The position numbers and the translations under genes are program-made. The notes under the pieces are model-generated. The model did not search any database and was not told where the DNA came from. It saw only the letters and a program-made list of their open reading frames with translations. A DNA stretch of 63,777 nt, counting the filler, from Dugesia japonica (lineage: Eukaryota), in assembly GCA_001938525.1 (NCBI GenBank). It is 6 parts of 6 records of this genome, joined end to end, with 100 filler letters (N's around TTAATTAATTAA, not from the genome) between each part and the next. Parts side by side here need not be neighbours in the genome. Positions count along the whole stretch, not along the records: positions 10,057 to 21,494 come from MQRL01648408.1; positions 21,595 to 33,344 come from MQRL01632970.1; 4 more parts are not named here. The stretch is one strand, 5' to 3'. Numbering within the stretch: position 1 is the first letter of the stretch; each line of letters begins with the position of its first letter. Below are positions 12,721-26,129 of this stretch, piece by piece.

Positions 12721-13374
12721 AAGTGTTTCTCAAACAAAAACGTTCCGCGGACCAGTAAACTGGAAATAATTTCTAACACAGACTACTAATAATGTTTATA
12801 CTTAGTGTTGTTATTCTAAATTTTACAAATACGCAATATGCGGAAATGAATTTTACGTGCATCATTTGCGGGAAAGGAACCTCCTCTCCAGGAAAAAATA
12901 CTATAGAATTCATTAAAATAAAAGCTTCGATCAAAATTTTTTTTTAGTTTTTGATAATAATTCAAATTATTATCAAAAATAAAAAATATTTCGATCGAAG
13001 CTTTTATTTTAATGAATTCTGAAAAACGATCAATGGTTACGTCCAAGAATTATTCTCGCAATAATTTCAATCGTAAAACTTTAGAATTTGATAAAACATT
13101 TAGTATTAGAATTTGCAATTTAGTAAGCATTTTTCGTTAATAAATTTTTTTAGCACCAAGTGCGGAAGGTTGTGATATATTAATTTTATTTGTAAACAAG
13201 TACACAATATAAATTATTTTAATAAAAACCAATTATGGAAACACATAATAATACTTAAATACTTAAATGCAACAACTTCTTTAGTTAAAATGTTTTGTTT
13301 TTAGCAAAAGTACAATTAAATATTTTTCGCGGGCCACTAAGCGTTTTCTACGGACTACCGGTTGAGAAACACTG
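12721..13374. mobile_element. hAT (Charlie-like) non-autonomous element
   Basis: TIRs AGTGTTTCTCAAAC / GTTGAGAAACACTG; degenerate 8-bp flanks CTCTAAAG / CTTTATAC. Confidence 0.7.
12905..13078 (+). mobile_element. Palindromic Penelope-type pLTR insertion nested in the hAT element
   Basis: Arms 12905-12963 and 12964-13020 plus tail; imperfect flanking repeat ACTATAGAATT / ACTTTAGAATT. Confidence 0.85.
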
Positions 13375-14041
13375 CTTTATACGAGTTGTTAACTTATAAC
13401 AACTTTTATGCAGTTTACCTTTGCAAAAGAAGTTTCTAACGATGGTAGAAGCGGTGAATACTAATTTAGTCCTAACGATGATTTAGACAAATTTATTCTA
13501 GTTGTGCAGCCTATTTCGAAGTAAAAATGAAACAGAAATAAGAAAGGTTGTTTCGAAACAAAAGTAGTTTCAAGCAATCATGTATTTAAAACATTGGGAA
13601 ATTTCTAATTTTAACATATGAAAAATATAAATTTACAAACCTGTAAAGAAATATATTAATTCGTAAAAAAAATTGACAAATTAAATATTTGTATTAATGC
13701 CGTTTCAATTCATTTTAAAACGAATAACCGTTTAAAATAAATAATTTAATTAAATTTCTCATAAAATTATTTATTAGCAATAAAAAATTTGCATGATTTA
13801 AATTATTTATTTGTCCGTGGAAAATTACTTGTGATAACAATTTTGGTATTTATGTAATATTTAAATACGAAATTGTTACACAATTTCCAATAAAACGGCA
13901 CAATAAAATATATATTCCGTGTAATTTAACATACAGTCAATATTTGATTTCTGTTAAATTTTCCTTTACGAAAACAAAGATTTTTAATAGCAAGCAAAAC
14001 ACGTACATCTCAAACTGAGAACATACAACACATAGGCCTAC

Positions 14042-14130
14042 CAAATTTAAATATGGAGTATAAGCAGCAGTTTCTTTGCAGTCACTGATTACATAATCTT
14101 TGCAATCCACATGAGTATGATATTCACAAA
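14042..14130 (-). CDS. DGKQ: Diacylglycerol kinase theta-like exon (end of second C1 domain)
   Basis: tttttag|..|gtaggc; encodes (I)CEYHTHVDCKDYVISDCKETAAYTPYLNL; phase 1 start fits exon 15398-15500. Confidence 0.85.
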
Positions 14131-14257
14131 CTAAAAAATAAATTAGAAATTAATCAAAGTAAATTATTATTTTATTTATCAATAAATAAATATTTATTAA
14201 ATTTTCGTATTAATATGATATAAATACATAATGATTAATTTGAATGAATTATTGAAT

Positions 14258-14759
14258 AAAATTTTAACCGTTGATTTGTGAAGAACACTGAATAAACAAT
14301 TTTATTTAAAATAAAATTTTTTAAAATCAAAAGATCAAATTTATTGTTCTTTTTTTTCATTTATTCAATATTTTGGCTATGCCTTCTTCAGGAACAATAG
14401 TTCAGTAAATTCTGATTATAAACTTTGAAATAACAATTCAAATTAAATTAATTTGTTTAAATTTAATTTTCATTGGCTTTTACTTATTATTTTGAATTCA
14501 TTGAAAATATTTGCGGTTTATTGTTTGCCAACATTAAAATAAATCTTTTTTTATATTATAAATAATAACCAAGGAAAATTAAATTTAATCAAATTAATTT
14601 AATTTGAGTTGTTATTTCAAAGTTTATAATCAGAATTTACTGAACTATTGTTCCTGAAGAAGGCATAGCCAAAATATTGAATAAATNAAAAAAAGAAGAA
14701 CAATAATTTTGATCTTTTGCTTTTAAAACATTTTATTTTAAATAAAATTGTTTATTCAT
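14258..14759 (-). mobile_element. Large palindromic pLTR insertion with a mutated hammerhead in each arm
   Basis: Arms ~14289-14476 and ~14569-14758; TTGTTC-CTGAAGA-A-GGC-ATA-GCC-AAAA-TA-TT-GAATAA in both. Short tail-like TCAACGGTTA on the left (minus). Direct repeat AATTATTGAAT at 14247-14257 and 14760-14770. Confidence 0.8.
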
Positions 14760-14921
14760 AATTATTGAATCATTAAATTTTTTAAATACATTTATTATTT
14801 TCATTTTTTCATAGTAATTTTGAAAACTTCACTCATCAAAATATCTTTGTTTGTTTTTTATATTCTGTACTCTCAAAAATTATTCATTATTTCTGATTTA
14901 AATAATAAACTCATTAATAAC

Positions 14922-14959
<38 letters not shown>

Positions 14960-15397
14960 NNNNNNNNNNNNNNNNNNNNNNNNNNNNNNNNNNNNNNNNN
15001 NNNNNNNNNNNNNNNNNNNNNNNNNNNNNNNNNNNNNNNNNNNNNNNNNNNNNNNNNNNNNNNNNNNNNNNNNNNNNNNNNNNNNNNNNNNNNNNNNNNN
15101 NNNNNNNNNNNNNNNNNNNNNNNNNNNNNNNNNNTTCGATTTTACCGGCTAATATACATATGATCTTTTCTTTTTATGTTAAAATTTTGAAGATTTACGT
15201 ATCATGTTTACTTTTGTTTCGTGTAACTCATCGTGTACTTTTGTTAAGGAATATCAAATAAATAATGTGGATCTTTTATTCAATTATTAGTTTCTTTCAT
15301 TGTTCTTAATCGTTTCAGTTATAACACACAGATAATAATCATTCGTTTTCGTATTCGTGTTGAAATATGAAATTTCTAAACAATTTTCAAAACTTAC

Positions 15398-15500
15398 TTT
15401 CACAACGATATGCCAATGATTCATCCAAACGTTTCCGACACACATTACAAAATTTTCTTTTGAAATAATTCTTTTCAGACCAGCAATGAGAAACTGGTTT
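15398..15500 (-). CDS. DGKQ: Diacylglycerol kinase theta-like exon (second C1 domain)
   Basis: ttttcag|KPVSHCWSEKNYFKRKFCNVCRKRLDESLAYRCE|gtaagt; resembles the DGK-theta PVAHCW..KRKFCNVCRKRL motif. Confidence 0.88.
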
Positions 15501-15954
15501 CTGAAAATTAAACACAATAAGAATATTAAAAATAATTAAATAAAAATTAAATATATTGAAAATGAGATTTATCTATCTAAAAATAAGGAATCAGAGTTAT
15601 CACTACCAAAGGAAAATTTTAAAATAAATCTGTAAATAATTAACATATTTTCGGGTTATAAAGCGTAGCCGTCTAATAGGCATACTACGAGAAATTAATA
15701 AAAAGTTTACGTCTAAATTGTATCGGTGTAAAAGACTGACTTAAATCATTTTTAAAAATTTATGCAAAAAATTTATGTATAGGTTGAATTGACTCAAATT
15801 TTGTTTTTTTCATATGCTTTATAAATTTATAAAAATTTAGATAAACCTAAAACCAGTGCAATTTATAATAATTAAACAAATTAACTTATTCAAATTCAAT
15901 AAAAAAAATAATTCCAAATGTATTTTTATTTTAACAATAAATATGGAATAAATC

Positions 15955-16069
15955 AAAAAGTCAATCCCTGACGAAAACAAAATCGAAAATTCAAAATACT
16001 ATTAAGAACTAAAAAAATAAATATAAAAAAAACTATATTTTGATTGAAGCTTTTAATTTAATGAAATCT
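15955..16069 (+). mobile_element. Degenerate pLTR arm with decayed hammerhead
   Basis: AAAAAGTCAATCC-CTGACGA-AAAC-AAA-ATC-GAAA, later TTTTGATTGAAGCTTTTAATTTAATGAA. Confidence 0.65.
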
Positions 16070-16602
16070 ATCATTCATCTTATCATTATCTTTTAATAGA
16101 TCGTTCAATAAGTTAAGTTTTTATTTAATCTTTACTTAGTTCTATTCGATTGCGTATTTATAATTTCTGTGTAACCTATAACTTGTCCACAAAGATGAAA
16201 ATGTACTGGAATTTTTTTTATTAAATTACACTTATTTAAGTTACATAAAATACATAAAAAAAGCAAACCAATTGGTCTTCAACATTTATATACGCGATAC
16301 ACGAGTTACAGTATTGACGTTATACAATACGAACATAGATAATTATAGGTCAGGGTTTTCCAAACTTTTACTGTGATAGAACACTTTTTATATCCTAAAG
16401 TTTTACAGGAACACCGTACTTTTTCTATATTAAGTAAGTATTAAATTTACAGAAGAAATTAGCGTGTGTATCTAGTGATATCAATAATATATTTACTATT
16501 TTGTAAGCAAAAAGCAACCAGACTTGAAACTAGAAAAATGTTGTTTTGTTTTGAAACTAATAGAATCACGGTCATATTTATTATCTGACAGTGAAATAAA
16601 TA

Positions 16603-16891
16603 CACTCATATTTCGCTTTGCGGTCTAGATACGTTCCATCTAGCTGTAAAGTGAAAAGTGGTATAACGAATAAATTATTTTGATACAAACCCATATAAAT
16701 TCAATAGGAATAAAGATGTTTACTTACAAAAATATGTAACTACACCAAAGTGACAATGCAGTAAAATGTACATTGTGTTTTTTGAATTGGTTTTTTTCGG
16801 TCGTATAACAAAACATTAAGGAGTACATCGAAAAAGTGCCATAATAAAAGTAGGCTATTAAAGTGAAAGGCCGTATAGTGAGATATGAGTG
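16603..16891. mobile_element. MITE with ~25-bp imperfect TIRs
   Basis: CACTCATATTTCGCTTTGCGGTCT versus AGGCCGTATAGTGAGATATGAGTG. Confidence 0.55.
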
Positions 16892-18739
16892 TTTATTAAT
16901 TTAATTGAGATATTACAAAAAGAATTAAAAGGAGAATTTAAAAAATTAAATCAAAAATCAAAGCTGAAGTAAAATTATCGAAATATTAGTAACAAAAGTT
17001 TTATTTATAAAACATTACCTATTGAATATATCTTAGTAACTTAACGCAGAATAATCAATTACCTTAATGTTGTTCTTTGTACATTATTTATCACAGAATT
17101 TATCATAAAATCCTTCTGCTTACTCAAGAAATGAATAACCATGCTTTATTTGTAGTTATATAGGTGAATCATAGATTATGAATATCTAGATTTCTCAAAA
17201 TCGCAAGACTTTTTGTTTACAAAGTTTATAAAGATTTGAATTCCAAAGATGGTAACGGTTATAATAATATCAAACCATTAAAAAGCATCTTTAAAATTCT
17301 GGTATAACTGGAACACTTTAATTTATCCAGCATTTTTAACAAAACATTGACAAAAATTTCAGAAAATTCTTAAGGCCATTTGCAAAAGAAGTGATTGTCT
17401 CAGGAAACAATCAAACATTCTGTCCATATAGACACCAGAGAAAAGTCTTGAGATGAGGAAATGACAATTTATGTCAATAACCAAAATAAAATTGAAAAAT
17501 CAGATCTTTATGGTCAAATAAAGAAATTCAAATACAGCAGAAAATGATAAGAATTAATTTTTTTCAGAAAAGAAAAACTTTAACAACTCGCAAAAGTTAA
17601 GAGACGAATGACAAACGGTTATGTAACTGTAATTGTTTTTATATTATTGGTAATGAAGGTCATATGATAACTCCTAACAACAAAAATATTTAAAGCAGCA
17701 AATAAAATATTTAACCTTTAATTTAATTGAAAATTGATATTTTAATTTTTTTAAGAATAAAACGATAAAATATATTTTAAAAAAGAATTTGTAGAAGTTA
17801 CTTTATTGTTTTAAAATTATTAATAATTAGTTATTATTATTAATAATTATTAATTTTAAAAAAATAATAATAACATTTATAACAATAATAATAAAAAATA
17901 ATCAGAAACCAAATTATTTGTAAAGTTCAAGTGAATAGAACACATCATGCCAAATATCTAAATATAGACTTCAAAAGAAAATTATTAACAAAAGTAAATC
18001 CAATCAAATTGAATGAAATATGGAAGATCTAGGTGAGAAAATGAAAACTGCGATACAGCTGAAATTAAGATATAATTATATAATAATTAAATATAATAAA
18101 TAAATTTATTACAAAATTATTAAGTTTATAAATGTTGTCATTATTGGTTAATAATAAGATTTAAAGACTTTTATACTGATCCCGTACTCTTACATGATGT
18201 CATGTGCAATTATTCAAAGTTTGACTTACATATTACATAAAAATAGATATTATAAATCAATAGTTGAAAAATTGCATCACTAAACAATTTATAAATTCAC
18301 ATAAAAAATAACAATTGTTAGACCCGGTAATATAGTTAGGCATAAAATATATTTATTCAACAAAAATGGCACTGTAACAAATATATGGATATAGCTTTTC
18401 AGTAATCGGTTATGTAATAGTATTTGACCACTTAAAATTATACACACATTCATACATTCAATAACACATTCACCTATTATCAATTACATATGTCAATTTA
18501 TATAAATAAATATAAATATATTTTCTCATTTAATTGCCAAATATTAAAAATAAATATAATTTTTACACAAATAAAATTTAAGCATTAATTTTAAGAGATT
18601 TTAATTAGAATTTTTCAGAGAAAGAAGTGAATTTGAATTACCGTATGTGGGTAATATTTAATATGATCGATATTATGAATTCTAATTTAGTATTGATTGA
18701 GTTTCATTTAACAATTTTTTTCTTTTATAGAACATTTTT

Positions 18740-19345
18740 CTTTTCCACTAAACGAGCATTTCAGCTACAAATGTTGACTCAGTCATATTAATTGGTCTTG
18801 GTAGCGATCAACAGTAATTGTTCATTAGATCATAATATCACACCAGACACAGAGCAAATCGGATTTACATATTGTATCTCGTCACAATTATTTACAATAA
18901 CGACTTTTGACGCTGTCTATTGAGTAGAGAAATTCGGGTTCCCTTTCGAAGATTTAAGTAAGTTTATGCGGAACATATTTTACTTCTTTTTGGATCTTAT
19001 CCATTTCATCTATGTAATTAGAAACCGTTTGTTGAGTTACTCCCAATTATTTTGTAAGCTCCGTCTTTGTCTGTGCCGAATTATCAGAGATTACTTGTTC
19101 CAAATATTCATTGGTGAATGTTATAGTAGGACTAGGACGTTGTTTTTCTGTGACACTAAAATCATCGCTTTTAACGTGTCTGAACCAAAAAACGCACACA
19201 TCATACAAACCTACATCTTTTCTGAGAACGGAACAAATTAATTCACATGCTCTTGCTGAATTTTCCCCTGCTGAAATTCCTACAGAATACAGTGTCAAAT
19301 ATACACTTTATCTGTTTTCATGTAGGGCACTGTTGGACTGAAATT
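18740..19345 (-). mobile_element. Highly decayed mariner transposase
   Basis: GENSARACELICSVL..FWFRHVKSDDFSVTEKQRPSP and a CDE-like remnant near 18880. Confidence 0.7.
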
Positions 19346-19750
19346 TTCGGCTTGATTCTTTTGCAAACTAAAGGCTATTTTAATGTTTGATTTAAAATTT
19401 GATTGAAAAATGGAAGATTAAAACAATTGCAATACTTATAATATAAAAATTTAGATTATTCATTTTTAGACCTTATAATTAATTTGAAAAATTAAAATAT
19501 TTAAATGGAAAGAGAATAATACCTTGGAATTCACTTTTCTAAAATCAGCAATTCTACAAATTCTATATATTTTAATTTTTTGAGTCATTTTAAATAATTT
19601 ATTTTTGGAAAAAAAATTATTTGTCTATGTAGATTCATACATTTATTATCAGAAATTTAATTATCCGCGAAATGAATATGCTAACGAACTATAAGTTAAT
19701 TCTTTCAAATTTAAACTGAATAATATTAGTAGAAAAATTAAAAAACTCAC

Positions 19751-19830
19751 GGTTACTAAAGATACAGCAACGGTGCTGCAATATGATACAACATTTGGCA
19801 GGCAACGTTCATGCACCATGAAATTGCAAA
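19751..19830 (-). CDS. DGKQ: Diacylglycerol kinase theta-like exon (end of first C1 domain)
   Basis: tttttag|xCNFMVHERCLPNVVSYCSTVAVSLVT|gtgagt; joins phase 0 to KPVSHCW. Confidence 0.85.
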
Positions 19831-20624
19831 CTAAAAAGAAAACGATAAATCAATAAATATTAAATCGATAAGTTTTAAATCATTAAATGTTATTCAATGA
19901 ATAGAAGGAAAAATAATAAATTATATTAAATCGATAAATTTTAAATCAATAAATATTATAAAATGAGTTGAAACGAAGCTTTAAAAAAATTATTCTTATA
20001 TTTAATCTTTAATGGTTTAAACGTTTTAATATTATGTGTATAAATATGACTCCACAAATTTTTAGAATTTAAAAAATAAATGACAATGAAAAAAGTCAAG
20101 TTAACTTTTTATTACAAATAATTTCCATAATTAATAACAACAATTTCACACATTTCAGACAATTTATGAATTCCATCATAAAAGAATGGATCTTGTTTCG
20201 TAGCATTCCAATTATCTATCCGTGTTATAACATCTTCATAATCCATAAATAAAAAAATTATGTAAAACCATTTTTGAAAATTGAAAGATATCGATAGTTA
20301 GCGCTGAATCTGCACATCAGATAAACAACACAGCTTGCAAAAAATTCTTTATTCAAAAATGTTATATATAATTACTAAACGGCGTAGTCAAACTTGTACA
20401 TTTATTAGAATAATTCTTAGAATAATTCTAAAAAACAAAATTGGTTAGTTATATTTCATTTGAATGTATTATACAATTTAGCATTTGAACTATTGGATCA
20501 GTCAAAAAGACTGGTTTTAATATTTTTCTAAAAACTTCTGCTTTATTTATTTTTTTGGTCTGAATAATACTGACTTTTACAAGTACATTCATTTGTTTTC
20601 TAATTTATTTAAAACGAAAAAAAC

Positions 20625-21150
20625 TAGGTTGAGGAAAAAGTAAAAATAAATATTTTTTAAGCAAGAAATTATTCAAAATCGACAATTATTCTTCAAATTT
20701 AAGACCATCATTGTCCACAACCTTCTGTCAACGATCTGCAAGCTTTCGAATTTTGTCATTGTACCGCTTCTTGACATACTTCTTCAACCTCGTCGAATCA
20801 CTCAAATCACCTACCTTTCATAAAGTGCAGTATTGATCGAAAGAAACCGTAGTCAGATGAAGCAACGTCTGGAATATAGGCTAGATGTAGTAGGACTTTC
20901 TGCGCTATGCGATTTCTTATTGCCCTGTTGAAACAAAAAACTTTTTCTAAGAACAAAACTTGGATACTTTTTAACCAGTTCGTAGCTCAAAATTTGCTAT
21001 TTCATATTCAGAAGTCATAAAAATTAACAAATTTTTTGACATTCTTGAAATTAGATTAATTAAACAAAAAATATACTATACCATATAGTATATAGTATAT
21101 AGAAATTCATAATTTTAACGAAGTGCACGAACTTTTTCCTCAAGCTAATA
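20625..21150 (-). mobile_element. Internally deleted mariner with both TIRs
   Basis: TAGGTTGAGGAAAAAGT / ACTTTTTCCTCAAGCTAATA; internal VLLHLAYIPDVASSDYGFFRS (decayed YSPDLAPSDY). Confidence 0.75.
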
Positions 21151-23249
21151 CAATGTTATACATATTTATACCGACTCCAGTTGAAATGACAACTGCCAGT
21201 ATTTTGAATATTAATCATGTTTGTATTTGTTATATGATATTTTTAATTTTGTTAATAAAATTTCTGAATTTATGGAATATCCTATTAAATATGTCATAAA
21301 TGAGTTTATATGTTTAGGTAAATATGAAGTTTTGAATTTACCAATACCTCTTGGTGAATATATTCTAATCAAACCCATGGAACTATATAATATGAACGGA
21401 AGAAATGTAACTAATGATAATGGTTTTACTAGTTTATCGCTAACCTCAAAATTGTAAGCAAAAAAACTACCTCAGTTGGAACTATGCACTATAGNNNNNN
21501 NNNNNNNNNNNNNNNNNNNNNNNNNNNNNNNNNNNNNNTTAATTAATTAANNNNNNNNNNNNNNNNNNNNNNNNNNNNNNNNNNNNNNNNNNNNTAATAT
21601 ATAATTATTTCTGTGTATTTATCATTTAAATAATAATTTAAATGTGATTTAAAATTAACATTATTTTACGCATTGATAAATATTTAGAAAAGTAATGATG
21701 AAGTTTATTCGTAATTTTTCATTCTTCATTGAAGACGCGAAGACTTCCTCTGTTAAAAGACTTAAAACTTTCTAAAAAAAAGAATACATCGAAAACTTTC
21801 TTTCATGATCATTATTATAATGAAAAATATTTACTGTTGTATTAATTGTAAATATAATTAATTTTTATAACTTACTAATTTATTCATAATTAATTAATTA
21901 TTATTGTTTTAAGTGAATAATAATTAAAGCAAAGCCACCACTAGAAATCTGGGATATCGACAAGTAGTATTTTGTTATTAAACTTGTTTATTTTTCTTTA
22001 TTTATAATTTATTACTGACGAGTTTCATGAAAGTTTATACTAAAATTAATTTTAATAAGTTATTAAATGTTCAGAATTTGTTTACTGAAAATTGCAATTT
22101 CAAATCTGAGAAAAAGTCGTTTTGATTATAAAAATGCTTTTCTTAACTGTTATTTTTCTATAGTAATAATTGATTTTTATTATTATTAACAAACAAACAG
22201 TCATAATAATTTGAATAGTTTGCATTTTGTATTCGGAATTTTGATTGATTATAATGGTTGTTAAGTATAAATGAGAACTGAATAAGAACTGATAATCAAA
22301 ATGTGAATTATACAACAATAATATATGTTTATATAGTGGAATCAGGTATAGCAATTATCCAATTGACCCTGTTGGTAATTAGATCATCACACAGTGAAAC
22401 ATCAGTTTTTTCAGATATGCACGCAAATATACAATTACATAACATAAAATATTTAATTACAATTAATTTAATTAATTTCATCTCACAATGGTTATTTAAC
22501 ATTTTCAGAATTGTTCATATTAGTCAATGCTATGTTATTAATATAATTTCCGTTAAAGCATTATTTTTTATTAAAATTTAATTTTAAAATACAATTTTCA
22601 ATAAATAATATTTTTTCAATAATTAATAAACAAAAAATAATAAACCGAAAATAATTCAAGATCTGAATTTTAAATTTAAACAAGCATTTAGATTTACAAA
22701 AAAATTTCTATATATAATGAATAAAAATGGGTTCATTTAAAGCAGATGTAACAAATTTCTAACTAATGATGGCCGCATTGCAATTATTTTACAACGGTCG
22801 CATAGTTAAAATGATATTTGTTTCTAAATTTATATGTCTAAAATATTGATATTTAATAAAAGTTGAACAAAAAGCTTTTTAAATAAACACTCAAATATTG
22901 TCAACAAACTCTTATTATAAATATTTTTTTCATTAAGTTACACACAAAATTTCAAAATTAACTAAAATGATTATCTCTAAAAATCAAAATATCTTTTAAA
23001 AGCAATAAACAGAACTAAAAACCCAAAATGATTATTTTACTATATTCTACAATCCTAAATTTTAGTATATCAACAAAATTTTNCACGGCCAAAATACTTA
23101 TTGACTACGACTTCAGGTTGCGCACCCCTGATTTAAAGCATTTAAAAATTAAATGAAGAAATTTTAATCATTTATTATTATTGATATTATTAATATTATT
23201 ATTAATATTGATATATTATTATTATTATTATTACTATTATCATTATTAA

Positions 23250-23289
<40 letters not shown>

Positions 23290-23319
23290 ATGCATATATG
23301 TGTATATTAGATGTAATTT

Positions 23320-25170
23320 TCAAATAATAATTAATCTTAATTAAAATTTCCGAAATGCAATAAATTTTGTTTAATATTTGTTATAAAAAAAGTCCGAATA
23401 GAGTTTCTAAACTATATTTTATATGACATCATCGGCTTCTATATATATTGTTTTAGAATCCATCAGTCTTGCGGAAATCTATGAAATAATAATACGTGAC
23501 TAAAACAAATAAATCAACATACCTAACATACACACATCCAAACAAACATATGATGTAGAAATATAATTCATGAGTTTATTAGTCCCAGCATGGCACAGAT
23601 TTTTGTGTTTCTATAACAAACTCCTGCTTTCTTTCTTCGGAAATATATATTTTATTTTTCTGAATAAAAACTATGTTTTTATAATATAACATTTTGTAGT
23701 AATCATAAACGTTATTGCCTTATGGTCTGCCCTTAAAATGGATTTCTTTTCATATATGTATTGTTAAAAATGTTGTGCAAAGTGAAAAATTGATAACAAT
23801 TTCTTCCTAGTTATGCAGTATCCAATTTCATGTTTTTTCATGCTTTTAGATCCATATGCAACGATGAATTCTTTTCCATATTCATCTTTTTGTGATAAAA
23901 CTGCGACTGTTGAATCGAAACTTGCATCTGTATCTAAAAATCCGTTTTCTGAAAATTTAGATTTCTTAATATTGGTGCCTTTGTGAGACTTTGTATTAAA
24001 CTTTTAAACGCTTCTTCACATTTTTCAGTCCAAACTAATTTTACATCTTTATTCCCAATTAATTTTTCCAATGGTCTGGCAATTTTTGAATAGTTTTTTT
24101 ATGAATTTGCGATAATAATTTGTTAGAACTCAAAAGCTACAAAGATGTTTCATGCATTGAGGTTTTCCAAAATTGTTTATCGCCGCTATCTTTGAATTAT
24201 CAGTTTTAATTCCTTCCTTATTTATAATAAGACCTAAGAACTTTAATTCGGATACTAAAATTTTGCAGTTTTTTGGATTTATTTTTAGCCTCAATTTCTT
24301 AATTCGTAAAAATATGTTTTCAATCTTTTCTTTATGTTCATTTAATTGTTTTAAACATACTAATATATCATCGAGATAAAACCGAGCTTCTTTCCACATC
24401 ATGTCTCCAATAACAATTGACATTAATTTTTGGAATGCCAATGGAGCAGCAGCAATACCAAACGGCATTCGATTAAAACAATATTTCCCATTTTAATAAA
24501 AAATACCGTCTTTAACTTACTAAAGTTCCTACTTCAAATGATAATATGCATTTCCTAAGTCTATGGATGGTAGATATTGTGCCCTATATATCGAATCAAG
24601 CATCTATTCCATTTTTGAAATTGGAAAAGCGGGTCTAACAGTTTATTTATTTAATAATCTGAAATCTAAGCACATTCTTATTTCATTTGATTCTTTTTTA
24701 TTAACGCATTAAATCGGAGAAGTCCATGAAGATTCACAATTTTTTATAATACCATTTTCTCCTAAATTATTTATAATTTCTACTATTTTTTTTTCGTAGT
24801 GCATTGGCTGCTTTCTAGCTTTCATTAATATCGGTTTGCAATCGGTTTCTATTTTATGTTTTAAAATGTCTGTTTTACCAATATCCCATTTATTGCTCAT
24901 AAAAATTTCAATATATCTGAGAACAATATCATGAATACTATTATCGTCATTTAATTAAATTTTTTTAATTAATTGTTCGCTACTATTCATACTTATATTA
25001 TTGGTTGAAAATTTAGCTTGTAAATTTAAAACTCTGGGATTTATATTATCTATTTCCATAAATTTTATTTGTAAAGAATATATAATATCTATTCCTAAAA
25101 TTATAAGGGGATAAATCTCTTCAGCATCACACAATATGAATAATAAATGCATTTGTGTTGAAACAATTTT
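23320..25170 (-). mobile_element. Ty3/Gypsy remnant (protease, RT, RNase H, LTR fragment)
   Basis: IILGID, KWDIGKT, SSWTSPI, CLDFR, MPFGIAAAP, YLDDILV, DTDASFD. Segment ~23400-23540 is inversely similar to ~28385-28480. Confidence 0.88.
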
Positions 25171-26010
25171 TTCTCAAATTTAATTTACCAAACTAAATTT
25201 GTTACTCAAAATAATTAATTAAAGTTTGTAAATAATTAAATAATAATTTCTAATACGGATTTCAGAACAGCATAAGATATTATAAATGATCTTTTTCAAA
25301 AACTTGATTTTTTTAGAATAATTTTCAATGAAACATCAGATAATTTCTACATAAAACAAATTACAATTAGTGAATAAATTATGATGATTTATAAATAAAG
25401 CTTAAAAGATGAACAATATGATAATAATGAGAAAAGGCAATAATTATTAGTGATGAAAGAACTAATAAATTAATTAACTAATTCAATTATTTTCTCAACA
25501 AAAAAACAGAAAAATTTAATTTAATCAATTAATATAATTACGTAATATTCTGCATGAACATTACTTCTTAAAATTCTGGCATTCATTCATATAATTATCA
25601 TAAATCGCGTGGTAAATATTTTCAATGAATTGTATTTTTAGTTGCATTTTTATGTAAACAAATTTATATTATGTTGTTTATAGTACATTGATTCATATGA
25701 TAATGAATCAATAAACTACAAATTAAATAATATTAGAAAATTTAAATTATATGAAATCGGAAGTTAAATAACAACAGGAATTTTAAAAAACATCAGAAAA
25801 AATGCAATGCTTTTAACTAATGTTGTTTACTTAGAATATTAATTCAGAAAAACAGTAATTGATTTGTAGATCCAAAAGCGTCACCAAGCTATGTTGTGTA
25901 TACAATGAGCATTCGAAATATCCATCATGAATTACAAACATAATAATAAGTATTCATTTAATATAAAAGCTTTGATCAAAATTTAGGTTTTAATTATTGA
26001 TATTGGATAA

Positions 26011-26047
26011 CAATTCGATATTTCGACCTTGTCTTCGTCAGGAATTG
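26011..26047 (-). ncRNA. Apparently intact minimal type I hammerhead ribozyme
   Basis: CAAUUC-CUGACGA-A-GAC-AAG-GUC-GAAA-UA-UC^GAAUUG: 6-bp stem I, 3-bp stem II, palindromic AUAU mini stem III. Predicted cut between 26017 and 26016. Confidence 0.85.
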
Positions 26048-26092
26048 ACTTTTTATACTTGACAAAAAGTAACAATATAATTGACAAAAAGT

Positions 26093-26129
26093 CAATTCCT
26101 GACAAAGACAAGGTCGAAAAATCGAATTG
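26093..26129 (+). ncRNA. Mutated hammerhead copy
   Basis: Same as 26011-26047 but CUGACAA (G8A) and GAAAAAUC. Confidence 0.7.

Noticed and set aside
12816-13046. WRGGSFPAN resembling the DGK third C1 motif WREGNLPAN
   Set aside because: No Cys/His pattern or splice sites, and it lies inside a hAT element.
17060-17190. Minus-strand exon candidate with a GTAATT donor
   Set aside because: All three frames contain stops.
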